64,000 bases of DNA, taken from IMG/VR virus record IMGVR_UViG_3300021185_001264, positions 2,784 to 66,783 of that record; one strand, 5' to 3'. The position numbers were made by a program, and so were the translations under genes. Of this stretch, positions 10,606-20,946 are shown piece by piece; the first letter of the stretch is position 1, and each line of letters begins with the position of its first letter. Source of the DNA: a virus. The notes beneath the pieces are model-generated. The model ran no database searches, was not told where the DNA came from, and worked only from the letters and a program-made list of their open reading frames with translations.

Positions 10606-13600
10606 TTATTGTTCTTCCCACGTGCAACCTATGCTTACCTTGTCAGCGGTATGTCCTGCCGATGTATCAGAATCTACTGCAAAATAAAGACTATCCGCTT
10701 GATTTGTTAGCGGGAACGATAGATATTCTTTATTATAATCAAAGTATGGGCTTAGGTCAAGTTGCTCTGTTCCCTGTTGTAAGTATATAGTTGCTACGTT
10801 TACACCGCTATTAGGAACAGGCACTACTGTATTACTCGAAATTTTAATTGAACTTAAACCTTCTTTTTCTGAAGAAACTTTGGTCGCTACTGATTGAGCG
10901 GCAATTGCTCTTGCTGGATGCGTGCCAGTTGTAAAGTTTTGGGCAGAGCCTGATCCAGGATATTTTCCATCTGCCTCGAATCTAGCATCTGGCAAGAATG
11001 ATCCAGCTTTCAACTGTATTGTGCCATTATATGATTCGAGAAGTTCGAAGTAGTACTCATCAGATTCTTTATACAGTCTACCAAACACTGTGACATCATC
11101 TGATCCAACAATTGCTTGGAACCAACCAAAGAGACTTTCATTATTATCAAAATATGATCCAGCGCCAGTCGATTCAGTTACTCCGACTGTACTCAGAGGA
11201 TCGTTTAAAGCCGTGAGTGTATAAGGAGCATTTAAAGTAAACGAGCCAGAATACACAGTGTCAGTTTGGAAAATAGGAGTCTTTTTAAATCTCATACGAA
11301 TAGGATTATTTCCTAAATTCGATGTTGATAATTTAGTTGGATAAACCTGAACTCTATTTCGGACTGCATTCGAATCCTGCGTACTCAAAATTACTTTCTT
11401 AGTTTCAAGTTCATAAGTAGCATTTGCTCTATCCACAAGAAGTTGTACGCTAGTAGTACTTGAAGGAACACCGTCAAGATAAACTTTAGTTGTATCAGCC
11501 CAAATAACTTTAATATTCTGATCTGTTCTGTTACTACTTTTAAACTTAGCTCCCATAAAGAATCTAGGGTCAACTGCGGTCGAAGGATTGGTATAAGCTA
11601 CACCTCCTATAGTTTCTCCTGATAATGTAGTTGCATTAATATTAATAGCATTATTTGCAGAGTCATAGTTACTTGTGTTCTTAATCGTCCACTGTTTGCC
11701 GTAAGCGTCTTGAGTGTCTTCGTTGTTATGACTGTACAATCTAACTGTACCTCTGTCACCACCATCGATATAGTATGAAGCACCGTATTTTACGATTGAA
11801 TGTGAATCAGATCCATAGCCTCTATTGACGTAATTTATATCTTCTTGATCGCCTAGAGATTTTTGATCACCGCCACCATATGTGTTGTATGTAATGGGAA
11901 GTGTCGCATTACCTAGAGAGGCGTTCTTGTATTGATTGGAAGCACGTAAATGATGGACTCGTACCCACCTTGCTTCTCCGTTATCGACAGGAACGTATGC
12001 TAAGAACAATGCGCCAACAGCTCCATACCATGAGAATTCAATCTTAAGCATGGTAACTTTAGTAAAGTCAAAGTTGTATAGGCTTTCCGTAAACTTGGCC
12101 TCGCCTAATACTTTGTATATTTCTCCTGGGCGGGCAGTACCTGTCTCTCCAGTAGCAACATCACTATACACTCTTTGTTTAGCAGGAGGAGTTGTTAATT
12201 CAGTTCTTCCGTCTAAAGTGTCATGACTGTATCTTGATCTAGGCACACGATAATCGTATACACCCCAATACTCAGGCTTAACATTGAATCTTACCCAAGT
12301 AACAAAATGTGGATCAAAGTTTATGTAATCAATTTGTTCACATACTTCATTTAACTTAGCGCCATCAGATAAATCGTTTGCAGTGTTTATGTATCCAACA
12401 CGTTTACTTGTCGTAGCATTATCGCTCTTAAGATTGCCGTCAAGTGCGTACATGTAAGGAAATACCATTCCTTTTGGGAATACATCGTCATTTACATCAG
12501 TAATGCCCAAAGCTGTCCTATAACTAGTGGGATTGTATCCATGATATCCCTTTTCAATAGCAGGAATATATGAATTGGCGCCAGTTAAATCTTGTTTTAT
12601 CTTTTGACCCGAAGATGTCGAGTCAGGAAGAGTCGTACCGGTACTAGGGAAGATGAACGGAACAACTGTTTCTACTTTAAGGTTGTTAACACTCGTTGCG
12701 AGGAAGGTTTGAGCAGTACCGCCTTCATCTTCTAACGTAAATTCGTTGCCCTTTGGTCCAATAACACTTTTCACTTTATACACTTGACCTGCTACGAGTC
12801 CTGTTTTTCCGCCAGTATTTGCCACAGTAGTTTTAACTTTGACGTGTCCCTTAAACGGAACTACGCCTTTAGTCAGTTTAAGTTGATCGTTAGTATCAGA
12901 GACTGCCACAATTTCTTCAATTGGATTCAATAAATCTGGATCATATACAGCAGAGTGTGTTAAGATAATGCCGTCTCGCATCGCTACTAAGTTACCCGCA
13001 AACCCATTACTGCCGATTTCCATCTTCAGAGTATCTTCTCGGCTAAAATTACTAATAACTCTGCCTGCAAGAGCAGTAAGTTTAGCGTGTTCTGCGGTTG
13101 AAGAACTATAACCTAATCCACCAGAGTTGTTGTTACTTGCGTTTATAGTAGACCCGGCGATATTGGCCGTTCCGGCAAAGTCAGCAAGTATCAGAGTCCT
13201 CAAATGAGTGTGTCGTTCAATTTCTAAGGCCGCAGTCGCATTCTGTGAGTAAATTGACATTCCGTAACCAGGAGTATCACTACTGGGTCTTCCTCCTTTG
13301 AAGTACATAGACATGTTATATTTCGTTTCTGCATCACCACCGCCATCAATATCATTTCCATATCCACCTATGATATAACCTAAGTCTCTTTGACACTTGT
13401 ATTTTATTTCTTCTGGTGTAAATCCTGGAGCCGAAGACAGTGTTGCCGCTTGGCCATTGGCTTTGTAGTTAGTTACGTAATATGCCCAGTAATAAGACTT
13501 AGCCGCAAAGATCGTATCGATTTTGCTTCTTGTTCCATAATCATTATTTGATATAGTAGGAAGTGCTGGCTTGGTATTAGCTGATACGTTAAAGGCTGTT

Positions 13601-14754
13601 ATTACGATATCAGCTAGAGTAGTTATTTTAGCTGTAGCCGCTGAAGATATACCAGCAAACGCAAGCAACTTAGCTTTCAGTGCTGTATGGGTGATCTTCT
13701 CATAACGCTGTGGATTAGGTAAGATTGCGTTTGCATAGTTACTAAGGTTAAGTATAGTGTGGTTCTTACCGCCGTATTCCATATCTAGTAGATAAAAATC
13801 TATCCAGTAGTCTAGATCACGCTTACACTTCTCTTCCACTATCGCCTTGTTCGCCGCTGAGCCTTGCCCACTGCCGTAGATTGATACTGCTAGATCAGCA
13901 TAGTAATCCGCACTACTACCTGTGCCACTTATACCCTGATATAGTCCAGTGCCGGCGGCATAGTCCCCTACGACTTGAGTCAAAGCACTATTAATAATCG
14001 TAAATCTATTTCTGAGAATAAGTTCACGATCTTTGACTAGAAGCACACTAGGCTCAATACCTTCGCTTGCACCTTGACCTATAATACGAAAATCGTCAAA
14101 TTGTGTTGTGCCCAAGTTTTGATTACCGGGTGCTCCGCCTTTAAGTTTTTGTGTTGCGATTCCTGTTGGAGAATTTGGACATTTTGTCAACGACTGTGAG
14201 CGCCTAACTACAGCGAAGTTATCGCCTTCCGAGTTATTTCTAGTTTCCCAAAAGTATCCGTCAAAATTATCAAAGATTCCGAATTTGCGAACAGATGGAT
14301 TCTGTGAAAAGTCTGCAATACCTGTAGTACTTTTAACTCCAAACGTTGCGGCTGATACACGACCAGGCTGATATCTAAAGAAACGCTTAGATGTGAGAAC
14401 TGCTGTTTTGTTTCTAGGTGCTTCCACCAGTGCGCCAGCTTCTGTCGGTATGTGTTGAATACCGTGCCCAGTAATATGATACTGAGGCGAAGATGACCAC
14501 TCTGTAGGGTTAACATCATATGTGTTAACGTCTGCGAAGATGCCTAAAGCAACTTCGGCACGTGGAATACCTAAGAGAGAAAGCGCAACTTCCGACTGTA
14601 CCTTGTTTTGCTCCTCAACCGGAATAGCAGCCTGATCTGTAGCCATTACGACTGGGATCGATTTAGAAGCAGGCTGTGCACCAGGAGAAACAGGCGTGGT
14701 ACGTCCGACGTTGACTACGCTTGCGTTATTATTTACATTTGTTATACTTGACAT
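10606..14754 (-). CDS. Large virion-region protein with inserted phycobiliprotein-like (C-x-R-D) helical modules
   Basis: 1382 aa; same scaffold as the downstream paralogue plus a long insert containing KCKRDLDYW and KCQRDLGYI. Confidence 0.65.
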   Translation of the reverse strand: MSSITNVNNNASVVNVGRTTPVSPGAQPASKSIPVVMATDQAAIPVEEQNKVQSEVALSLLGIPRAEVALGIFADVNTYDVNPTEWSSSPQYHITGHGIQHIPTEAGALVEAPRNKTAVLTSKRFFRYQPGRVSAATFGVKSTTGIADFSQNPSVRKFGIFDNFDGYFWETRNNSEGDNFAVVRRSQSLTKCPNSPTGIATQKLKGGAPGNQNLGTTQFDDFRIIGQGASEGIEPSVLLVKDRELILRNRFTIINSALTQVVGDYAAGTGLYQGISGTGSSADYYADLAVSIYGSGQGSAANKAIVEEKCKRDLDYWIDFYLLDMEYGGKNHTILNLSNYANAILPNPQRYEKITHTALKAKLLAFAGISSAATAKITTLADIVITAFNVSANTKPALPTISNNDYGTRSKIDTIFAAKSYYWAYYVTNYKANGQAATLSSAPGFTPEEIKYKCQRDLGYIIGGYGNDIDGGGDAETKYNMSMYFKGGRPSSDTPGYGMSIYSQNATAALEIERHTHLRTLILADFAGTANIAGSTINASNNNSGGLGYSSSTAEHAKLTALAGRVISNFSREDTLKMEIGSNGFAGNLVAMRDGIILTHSAVYDPDLLNPIEEIVAVSDTNDQLKLTKGVVPFKGHVKVKTTVANTGGKTGLVAGQVYKVKSVIGPKGNEFTLEDEGGTAQTFLATSVNNLKVETVVPFIFPSTGTTLPDSTSSGQKIKQDLTGANSYIPAIEKGYHGYNPTSYRTALGITDVNDDVFPKGMVFPYMYALDGNLKSDNATTSKRVGYINTANDLSDGAKLNEVCEQIDYINFDPHFVTWVRFNVKPEYWGVYDYRVPRSRYSHDTLDGRTELTTPPAKQRVYSDVATGETGTARPGEIYKVLGEAKFTESLYNFDFTKVTMLKIEFSWYGAVGALFLAYVPVDNGEARWVRVHHLRASNQYKNASLGNATLPITYNTYGGGDQKSLGDQEDINYVNRGYGSDSHSIVKYGASYYIDGGDRGTVRLYSHNNEDTQDAYGKQWTIKNTSNYDSANNAININATTLSGETIGGVAYTNPSTAVDPRFFMGAKFKSSNRTDQNIKVIWADTTKVYLDGVPSSTTSVQLLVDRANATYELETKKVILSTQDSNAVRNRVQVYPTKLSTSNLGNNPIRMRFKKTPIFQTDTVYSGSFTLNAPYTLTALNDPLSTVGVTESTGAGSYFDNNESLFGWFQAIVGSDDVTVFGRLYKESDEYYFELLESYNGTIQLKAGSFLPDARFEADGKYPGSGSAQNFTTGTHPARAIAAQSVATKVSSEKEGLSSIKISSNTVVPVPNSGVNVATIYLQQGTEQLDLSPYFDYNKEYLSFPLTNQADSLYFAVDSDTSAGHTADKVSIGCTWEEQ

Positions 14755-14755
14755 A

Positions 14756-17700
14756 TTAGATTATCCTTCCTTGCGCCATCACAAAGCTATCGATTATATT
14801 TAGCGTACCACCTGAACCTGCGGACAGCCCCTGTTTATTATTATTATCGTTGCCTCCTCCGGCGCCAAAAAACTGAATTGTTATAGTTTTCTCTCCTGTT
14901 TCTGGACCAGTAATCTCATCGACAATGCCGTCAATGACATTTCCATTATTTCCCCAACCGCTGTGTCCAAAGAACCTAACTCTTTGTCCACTAAACAGAT
15001 ATTTGGGATTCGTTATTTGTACTTTATATTTAGGATTACCCGATGATGCTGAAGAACTAGCACTCGCATCTGCTACCCACGGATCACTCGTAACAGTTAC
15101 AGTACCAGCAGAAACTTCATGTCTATATGATGAAGACCATCCTATTCCTACATGTAAAGGATTTTTAGATTTTAGTTCTGAATAACTGTGTATGCCTCCA
15201 TTCTCTAGAGCGGCACCATCTCCGGATGTGCCGACTGCGGCTGCAACAAAACTCATACCAGCAACATATGTAACGTTAGACGTACCAGCAGCCGTATTCC
15301 AATGAGCCTGAGTCGTTGTAGTACCCACACTTGTTATTCTATATCTTCTTCCTACTATAAAACTACCTATAGATTTTACGGTGCCCGCATCTTTAATTTG
15401 AGTGACAGTGGGAGCATCTATAGTGAACTGGAATTCTCCCTCACTTCTAGTCTGATTTTGATTAACGAGAACAATGGTATCAACACCTCCCGTTGTTGCT
15501 GTTCCAGGTGTTCCTGAACTTGTAGCTCCAGCTGTTATTGCATTAAAAGTATCTCCTACACGATACACTTTATTAGTTGTCCCAGCAAGCGTATTCCACT
15601 CACCCTGAGTCGTACCACCTAATGTGAGAATAGTATATCTTAATTTAGCACCATTTTGTGTAACAACGAAGTTTCCTACATCTGTAGTTGTTCCGTATAC
15701 CTCTTCAACTCCTGATGAAGTCTTTTGAATGTAGAATGCTCTGTGAGTGATATCTGATATAACTCCGTCTGTTTTCGTTAGATCAAAAACAGCTCCGTCT
15801 TCTTGGTATACCAATCCCGCAGTTGATGCAAACGATGCACCAGAATTTCTAGCCTCAGTTAAATCATAGTTTATGAGATCATATTCAGAGTTTAAAATAT
15901 CTGGCGTTGGCAAAAACTCTCCAGCTGGGCCCATGAGAACATTAGGAGATGATACAAAGAAAACTGATCCATATACGAAAAGACCACTGCCACAGTTATT
16001 AATAACGTTGTTTGCCACGATGCCCTTATTTGTTACTGATACGTCAACATTATCTGAATAGTTCTGAAATCTATTTCCCACAATCATTGTGTCAGTGCCG
16101 CCGTCGGCAACCAATGCTTTGTATGGATATCTATCAGTCACACCGCTATTAACAATCTCACTAGTGCTTATCTTTAACTCAACGGGACTAGTTGCCCAAA
16201 TACCGCCTGCAGGAGCATTCGTAATTCTTGCCCTGTCTATCAAAAGAGAGTTACAATTTGACCCAAAATCTAAAAGATAATTTGTCTGTGGTATACTTTC
16301 ATCTGGCCAAAGAAATTGGTTCGCCGCTTCTCCGTCTAGATCGACTCCGACAATTGATATCGATGATGCTCCAGTGGTTGACTGAGATACAATGAACTTA
16401 CTGTTATTTTCTCCTATTGCACCGCCTGACCATGGCAACTTTCTAATCTTTGTAATATATGCTGTTCCTACTAGGCCAAAGGTATCTGGCAATTGTAGCT
16501 GAGATGTAACATAAGTTTTTGCATTTAAAGTAATGTTCTTTTTGCCTGCTAGAGCATTATTGGTTATAGCAGTTTGTATTAAAGATGTGTCATTATGGCA
16601 AATTTGAGCAGTGACATCACTGTTAACGAACACAGTGTTATCTAATGTCAAATCAAAATTATTCGTATTGTTTGTTATTCCAGAAATAGTTTTATCTGTC
16701 CATCCACGTCTCGCAACAGATGGTGCTGTAAGAGGAAAGTGAATAATACTTGAGAATGTGTTATCTACGATATTTTTACCAGACCAAGAAGTGTAATCAA
16801 ATGTGCCGTAGTCAATCCAATTACCTGAAGCTACATCTTTTCTGCCTAATACAGCAGTGAGTTTATAGTCACCAGAAGTGCCAATACGCCTGTAGACTAC
16901 AATTCCTTTATCAGCAGGAGTTCCGTTGAAGCCAAGTCTAACAAAGTGAGCTACGTTAAACTGAGTTGCTATGCTATTTCCTCCTCCGGTTGCAGGAACA
17001 TAAATAATTTTGGTAATTGCAGAACTAGCAGGAGAAATCTCTCCAGTCTCTAGATCAAACTCTGCAATCTTATATGAGTATGTTCCTTTATAAGCTCCAG
17101 TGCCGTTACCTTTTACTCCAGAAGGAACAGTATTACCTGAGCCTTCTATAAAGCCTGAAGTAACAACAGAAAGTGTCGTAGCTGATGCAAGGCTTACAAA
17201 TTGATCCTGCGCTCCATAAATTCGGATAGTTTGTCCAACTGCAAATTGCTGCCGAACAGCAGAAGTCGGTAAAGAGTTTATTCGTAATTTTTGAGACTGA
17301 GTTTGTTGTCCGGCCACTTGAGGATCCTGAAACGTAGCACTCATTCCATACACGCTGTCTCTTACGTCACCTTCATCAAAGGTAGTGTTGTATATATTAA
17401 ACTGTTCTGCAAAATTTGCTTCTAAGCTTGCCTTGGCTCTTGCTTCAGTATAGTAAAGATTGTTCGCACCCTCTGATAGGTAATTAGTCGTAATAGGAAA
17501 TGATTGGTCGTTGTCACGTAACCATTCAATTGAGCCATTATTATTTGCGTTATATCTTAAAAATCCAGTCGTGTTGTTTAGATTATCTAAGTCTGTGGGT
17601 ATTGTAGGCTTACCAGAAAGATTGGCATACGTTAAAAAGTATGAACCTTCTTGATAGTCAGTTTCGCCATTTGAGCCTGAACCAGGAGCATATAGTCGAG

Positions 17701-17917
17701 TTGCATAAAGACCATTCTTTCCATCATTAGATGGATTGTGTGCATTTAATTGAGATACAAGAACGCCATAATCAAAATCAGCCTCATCTAGAATAGAATT
17801 CTTTAAGTCCTGGAATGTTATTCTCTTTGATTCTGCCGCAGAAGAATCCGAAACCGCAAAAAGATCGCCAGATGCGGGCGTTGTGATCGGTTCTAGTGTG
17901 CTAAATTTTTTAGTCAT
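14756..17917 (-). CDS. Tail fibre/spike-like protein with probable beta-helix region
   Basis: LSEGANNLYYTEARA fibre motif; pectin-lyase-like Asn ladder (IVGNRFQN, IVANNVINNCG); late promoter upstream. Confidence 0.65.
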   Translation of the reverse strand: MTKKFSTLEPITTPASGDLFAVSDSSAAESKRITFQDLKNSILDEADFDYGVLVSQLNAHNPSNDGKNGLYATRLYAPGSGSNGETDYQEGSYFLTYANLSGKPTIPTDLDNLNNTTGFLRYNANNNGSIEWLRDNDQSFPITTNYLSEGANNLYYTEARAKASLEANFAEQFNIYNTTFDEGDVRDSVYGMSATFQDPQVAGQQTQSQKLRINSLPTSAVRQQFAVGQTIRIYGAQDQFVSLASATTLSVVTSGFIEGSGNTVPSGVKGNGTGAYKGTYSYKIAEFDLETGEISPASSAITKIIYVPATGGGNSIATQFNVAHFVRLGFNGTPADKGIVVYRRIGTSGDYKLTAVLGRKDVASGNWIDYGTFDYTSWSGKNIVDNTFSSIIHFPLTAPSVARRGWTDKTISGITNNTNNFDLTLDNTVFVNSDVTAQICHNDTSLIQTAITNNALAGKKNITLNAKTYVTSQLQLPDTFGLVGTAYITKIRKLPWSGGAIGENNSKFIVSQSTTGASSISIVGVDLDGEAANQFLWPDESIPQTNYLLDFGSNCNSLLIDRARITNAPAGGIWATSPVELKISTSEIVNSGVTDRYPYKALVADGGTDTMIVGNRFQNYSDNVDVSVTNKGIVANNVINNCGSGLFVYGSVFFVSSPNVLMGPAGEFLPTPDILNSEYDLINYDLTEARNSGASFASTAGLVYQEDGAVFDLTKTDGVISDITHRAFYIQKTSSGVEEVYGTTTDVGNFVVTQNGAKLRYTILTLGGTTQGEWNTLAGTTNKVYRVGDTFNAITAGATSSGTPGTATTGGVDTIVLVNQNQTRSEGEFQFTIDAPTVTQIKDAGTVKSIGSFIVGRRYRITSVGTTTTQAHWNTAAGTSNVTYVAGMSFVAAAVGTSGDGAALENGGIHSYSELKSKNPLHVGIGWSSSYRHEVSAGTVTVTSDPWVADASASSSASSGNPKYKVQITNPKYLFSGQRVRFFGHSGWGNNGNVIDGIVDEITGPETGEKTITIQFFGAGGGNDNNNKQGLSAGSGGTLNIIDSFVMAQGRII

Positions 17918-17957
17918 CTTTTGCTGCCTTTAAAAAATATGTAATGTTATCTGTCTT

Positions 17958-17965
17958 TATTTATA
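17958..17965 (-). promoter_or_regulatory. T4-type late promoter
   Basis: tatttata on + is TATAAATA on -, about 40 nt upstream of the ATG at 17917. Confidence 0.75.
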
Positions 17966-17979
17966 TCATCAATCAGTAG

Positions 17980-19662
17980 CTATGCTGTTTCCCACGATAC
18001 ATTAACTGGATCAATACTAAGCTTAAAGTCTGGGTCATTAGAGCCGGTATATACTTGATTATGAGCATAGTCGAATGCCAGATATACAATAAATCTTCCA
18101 GTATCATTTGTCGCTGACGAAGTATATGAACTTCCTGAAGTTTCCGAACCATCTTCGTTCAGATATCTACTAAACGTTTTCATGTTGCCATTATTACCTT
18201 GTGCAGAAAAAAGAAAAGAACCGTTTCCGTTCGGTCCGCCTGTATAAAATAGAGCCGCCCTTCCCGATGGATGATGATCTATTCTAATTCCGATATTTTT
18301 GACCTTAATGTAGCCATTACTTCCGTCATCATCGATCTTACCATCATATTTAATATCACGTTGCGCTATAGAAGAAGCCTTTAGTGTAAATTTAATACCA
18401 GAAGGAAATGTTGCTGGATCTACGTAGAGTGTGCCTAAGGGTACACTCATAGTTGTAAAGTTGGTACCGTTTGTTAAGTCTCTATAAGCAAGAGCGCCAG
18501 GTAAAATTCCACTTCTAATTTCTGTCCCATCTGTAGTTATGTTAGCAGGATAAAGACTACTGTTCCATATATATCCTTCATCTGCCGGGCTATGACCTGG
18601 AATATCTACGTTAGCTTCCTGTATGTTTGCAGATCCATATAACTGAGAAAATGAAATTGGTCCACTTAGCGGCACTAAATTATTTATGGGAACTGTTTGA
18701 TTATTAATAGCATCAGCAGTGGTTCTTCTTTTAATGTAATATCTATCATACCAAGTATTATAGATTGGTTGATTCTCATACCTAAATTGGAATTGTTTAT
18801 TTCCATAAGGAGTATTAGGAGGATAGAATCCCATTACTTCGCCTGTTTCTTCTTTTAAAACACTCACTCCACTCGCATCACCTCCAGTCGTGTATGTGTA
18901 TCCGTCATGTTCGTACTCTTCGCCTATGATTCCATTTGGAATTTTAAAAGTGTATCCGTGCTTTTCAACACCATTTGTTGGATATTGCCAAGCAAAAAGT
19001 AAATCGCCTACTTGGGCTGGCTCACTTGTAGACATAGAATAATCTCTCTGATAGATGCTACCTGTATTTGGAGATTCTTCAATGCGAGCCAGACTGCCTT
19101 TAGTATAAGTTATACCATTAACTGTCAGTTCAGTAATGGCATCAATAGTCTGTGTTTGCCCTAAAGTACCAGTAAAATATACTCTGACGGCATTGTCAAA
19201 AATACTTATGTATGCTCCAGCACCTTGACTCTGATTGTAGTTTACTCTCCATTGATTTACGCCTTTTTCAAATTCCACTGGAATATTAACAGCTGGTACG
19301 GGTGCTTGTGTGGTTTTAACTTTTCTTACATAAAACAAATTATCTGGAGGAGAGTTATTTATCTCCGATGGGAAGCCGCTACGTCCTGCATCGAACGTCC
19401 ACCTAGATTCGATAAGTTGAATATCTCCATACGCACTTTGATTTTGACCTTCTACTAATGCCGAAGATGGTACAACACCTCCACCCCCATAATATTCGCT
19501 TAAAGATGCTCCGGGTCTAGGTTGACCATCTGGTCCGGTATCAGTCTCATGAGGAAACTCTTTACGCAAGCTTTGGTTCCCAGAGTCATTGGGTGTACCA
19601 AACTTTAATGAAGGTCTGGGTGTAGCAGGATTGTTGTCTGGATCTGCGGACGTGATAGCCAT
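17980..19662 (-). CDS. Putative tail-fibre tip/adhesin protein
   Basis: Directly follows the S74-chaperoned fibre; contains SLSEYYGGG and VPLSGPISFSQLYG motifs. Confidence 0.5.
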   Translation of the reverse strand: MAITSADPDNNPATPRPSLKFGTPNDSGNQSLRKEFPHETDTGPDGQPRPGASLSEYYGGGGVVPSSALVEGQNQSAYGDIQLIESRWTFDAGRSGFPSEINNSPPDNLFYVRKVKTTQAPVPAVNIPVEFEKGVNQWRVNYNQSQGAGAYISIFDNAVRVYFTGTLGQTQTIDAITELTVNGITYTKGSLARIEESPNTGSIYQRDYSMSTSEPAQVGDLLFAWQYPTNGVEKHGYTFKIPNGIIGEEYEHDGYTYTTGGDASGVSVLKEETGEVMGFYPPNTPYGNKQFQFRYENQPIYNTWYDRYYIKRRTTADAINNQTVPINNLVPLSGPISFSQLYGSANIQEANVDIPGHSPADEGYIWNSSLYPANITTDGTEIRSGILPGALAYRDLTNGTNFTTMSVPLGTLYVDPATFPSGIKFTLKASSIAQRDIKYDGKIDDDGSNGYIKVKNIGIRIDHHPSGRAALFYTGGPNGNGSFLFSAQGNNGNMKTFSRYLNEDGSETSGSSYTSSATNDTGRFIVYLAFDYAHNQVYTGSNDPDFKLSIDPVNVSWETA

Positions 19663-20946
19663 CTATTTGTCCTTCTTAAGTTCTTCTATCTCTGCCTTTA
19701 ATTCTTTAATAGATTCGATCAGCAGACCTACGATATTACCATGACGAACTGCTTTGCTTTGTATACCATCTGGTGATTCTGTTTCGTAAACAACTTCTGG
19801 TAAAACTTCTTCTAACTCTTGTGCGATAACACCAGTCATAGGAGTATCATCACCGATATAATTAAATGTGTATCCAGAGATTTGTGATACTTTGTCTAGA
19901 GCATTCTCAATCTTAACGATATTCTCTTTACGGTTTCGATCAGATACAGTACCGAATGCTGTGATGTCGCCTTTTGCTACAAAATTTCCATTTGCACTTG
20001 CGAATGAAAATTTTCCAGTAGCTCCACTGTTGATGATAAGGTTTTTGTCAGCTAGATCAATTTTTATTCCTGCAGTTTGTGTACTGCCAGTACCGGTACC
20101 ATCAACCATAGCAATAGCCAACTCACGACTAGAATTATATTGAATCGATGCGTGTGCGACAGCGGCGCTTGCTGTTTTTCCAAAATATAATTGTTTCTCC
20201 GCATTGATTGTAACAGCTTCAGTGAATACTGCGGCGTCTGCTTGAATATAACGTGAGTCTGATTCTGTTTCGGTAAAATACCGGCCATCATGGGTATGAC
20301 TATCATTTGCTACAACTAGCTTTACATTAGCAACGTCTCCCGAGCCATCTATATCAAAGCTACCAGTTACATCACCACTATTATCTGTGTCTCGGATAAA
20401 AGTTACTGTGCGAGCGGTTGCCCATTTCGTTGCTGTTCCGGCATTACCTGTAGTAGCTAGACCAATCGTTCCTGTTGCTGGAAGTAAATCTAAGTCAAGC
20501 TTAATGTTTGCACCAGTAATCTCCCCGGCAGTATTCCCACTGGGACTGGTCACTCTCAGGTACTTTGTGCCTTTCTTAATATCAATACTGGAATGATTAG
20601 CCGAAGTTTCGATCTTCCAAGTATCAGTGTTATTTTCTCGAAACACGATCTTGCCTGCTACACCAGTCGCTTGATCTAAAAATACATTTCCATCGCCATC
20701 GCCGGTGACAACTAATTTTGAGTTTACAGTAATAGTATTAGCACTATTACCTGTAACCTTTTCTATAGTGTTAGTGTTTATCTTTCCAGTTGCAGTGATG
20801 TCTCCAGTAATTTTAACGTTTCCCGAATTAGTTTCACTGTTCCCTATAGTGACAACATCACCAAGAACGCCGATGATATCATTCGTTCTGGTTTTCCATA
20901 CACCGAAAGTATTTTGATTAGTTATCTGTGTTAGTGTTCTACTCAT
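19663..20946 (-). CDS. Tail fibre with C-terminal intramolecular chaperone (peptidase S74)
   Basis: GDITAF..SDRNRKENI...AL.KV..I.GYTF...GVIAQELEEVLPEVV...LLIESIKELKAEI signature; N-terminal NTFGVWKTRTN fibre anchor. Confidence 0.85.
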   Translation of the reverse strand: MSRTLTQITNQNTFGVWKTRTNDIIGVLGDVVTIGNSETNSGNVKITGDITATGKINTNTIEKVTGNSANTITVNSKLVVTGDGDGNVFLDQATGVAGKIVFRENNTDTWKIETSANHSSIDIKKGTKYLRVTSPSGNTAGEITGANIKLDLDLLPATGTIGLATTGNAGTATKWATARTVTFIRDTDNSGDVTGSFDIDGSGDVANVKLVVANDSHTHDGRYFTETESDSRYIQADAAVFTEAVTINAEKQLYFGKTASAAVAHASIQYNSSRELAIAMVDGTGTGSTQTAGIKIDLADKNLIINSGATGKFSFASANGNFVAKGDITAFGTVSDRNRKENIVKIENALDKVSQISGYTFNYIGDDTPMTGVIAQELEEVLPEVVYETESPDGIQSKAVRHGNIVGLLIESIKELKAEIEELKKDK

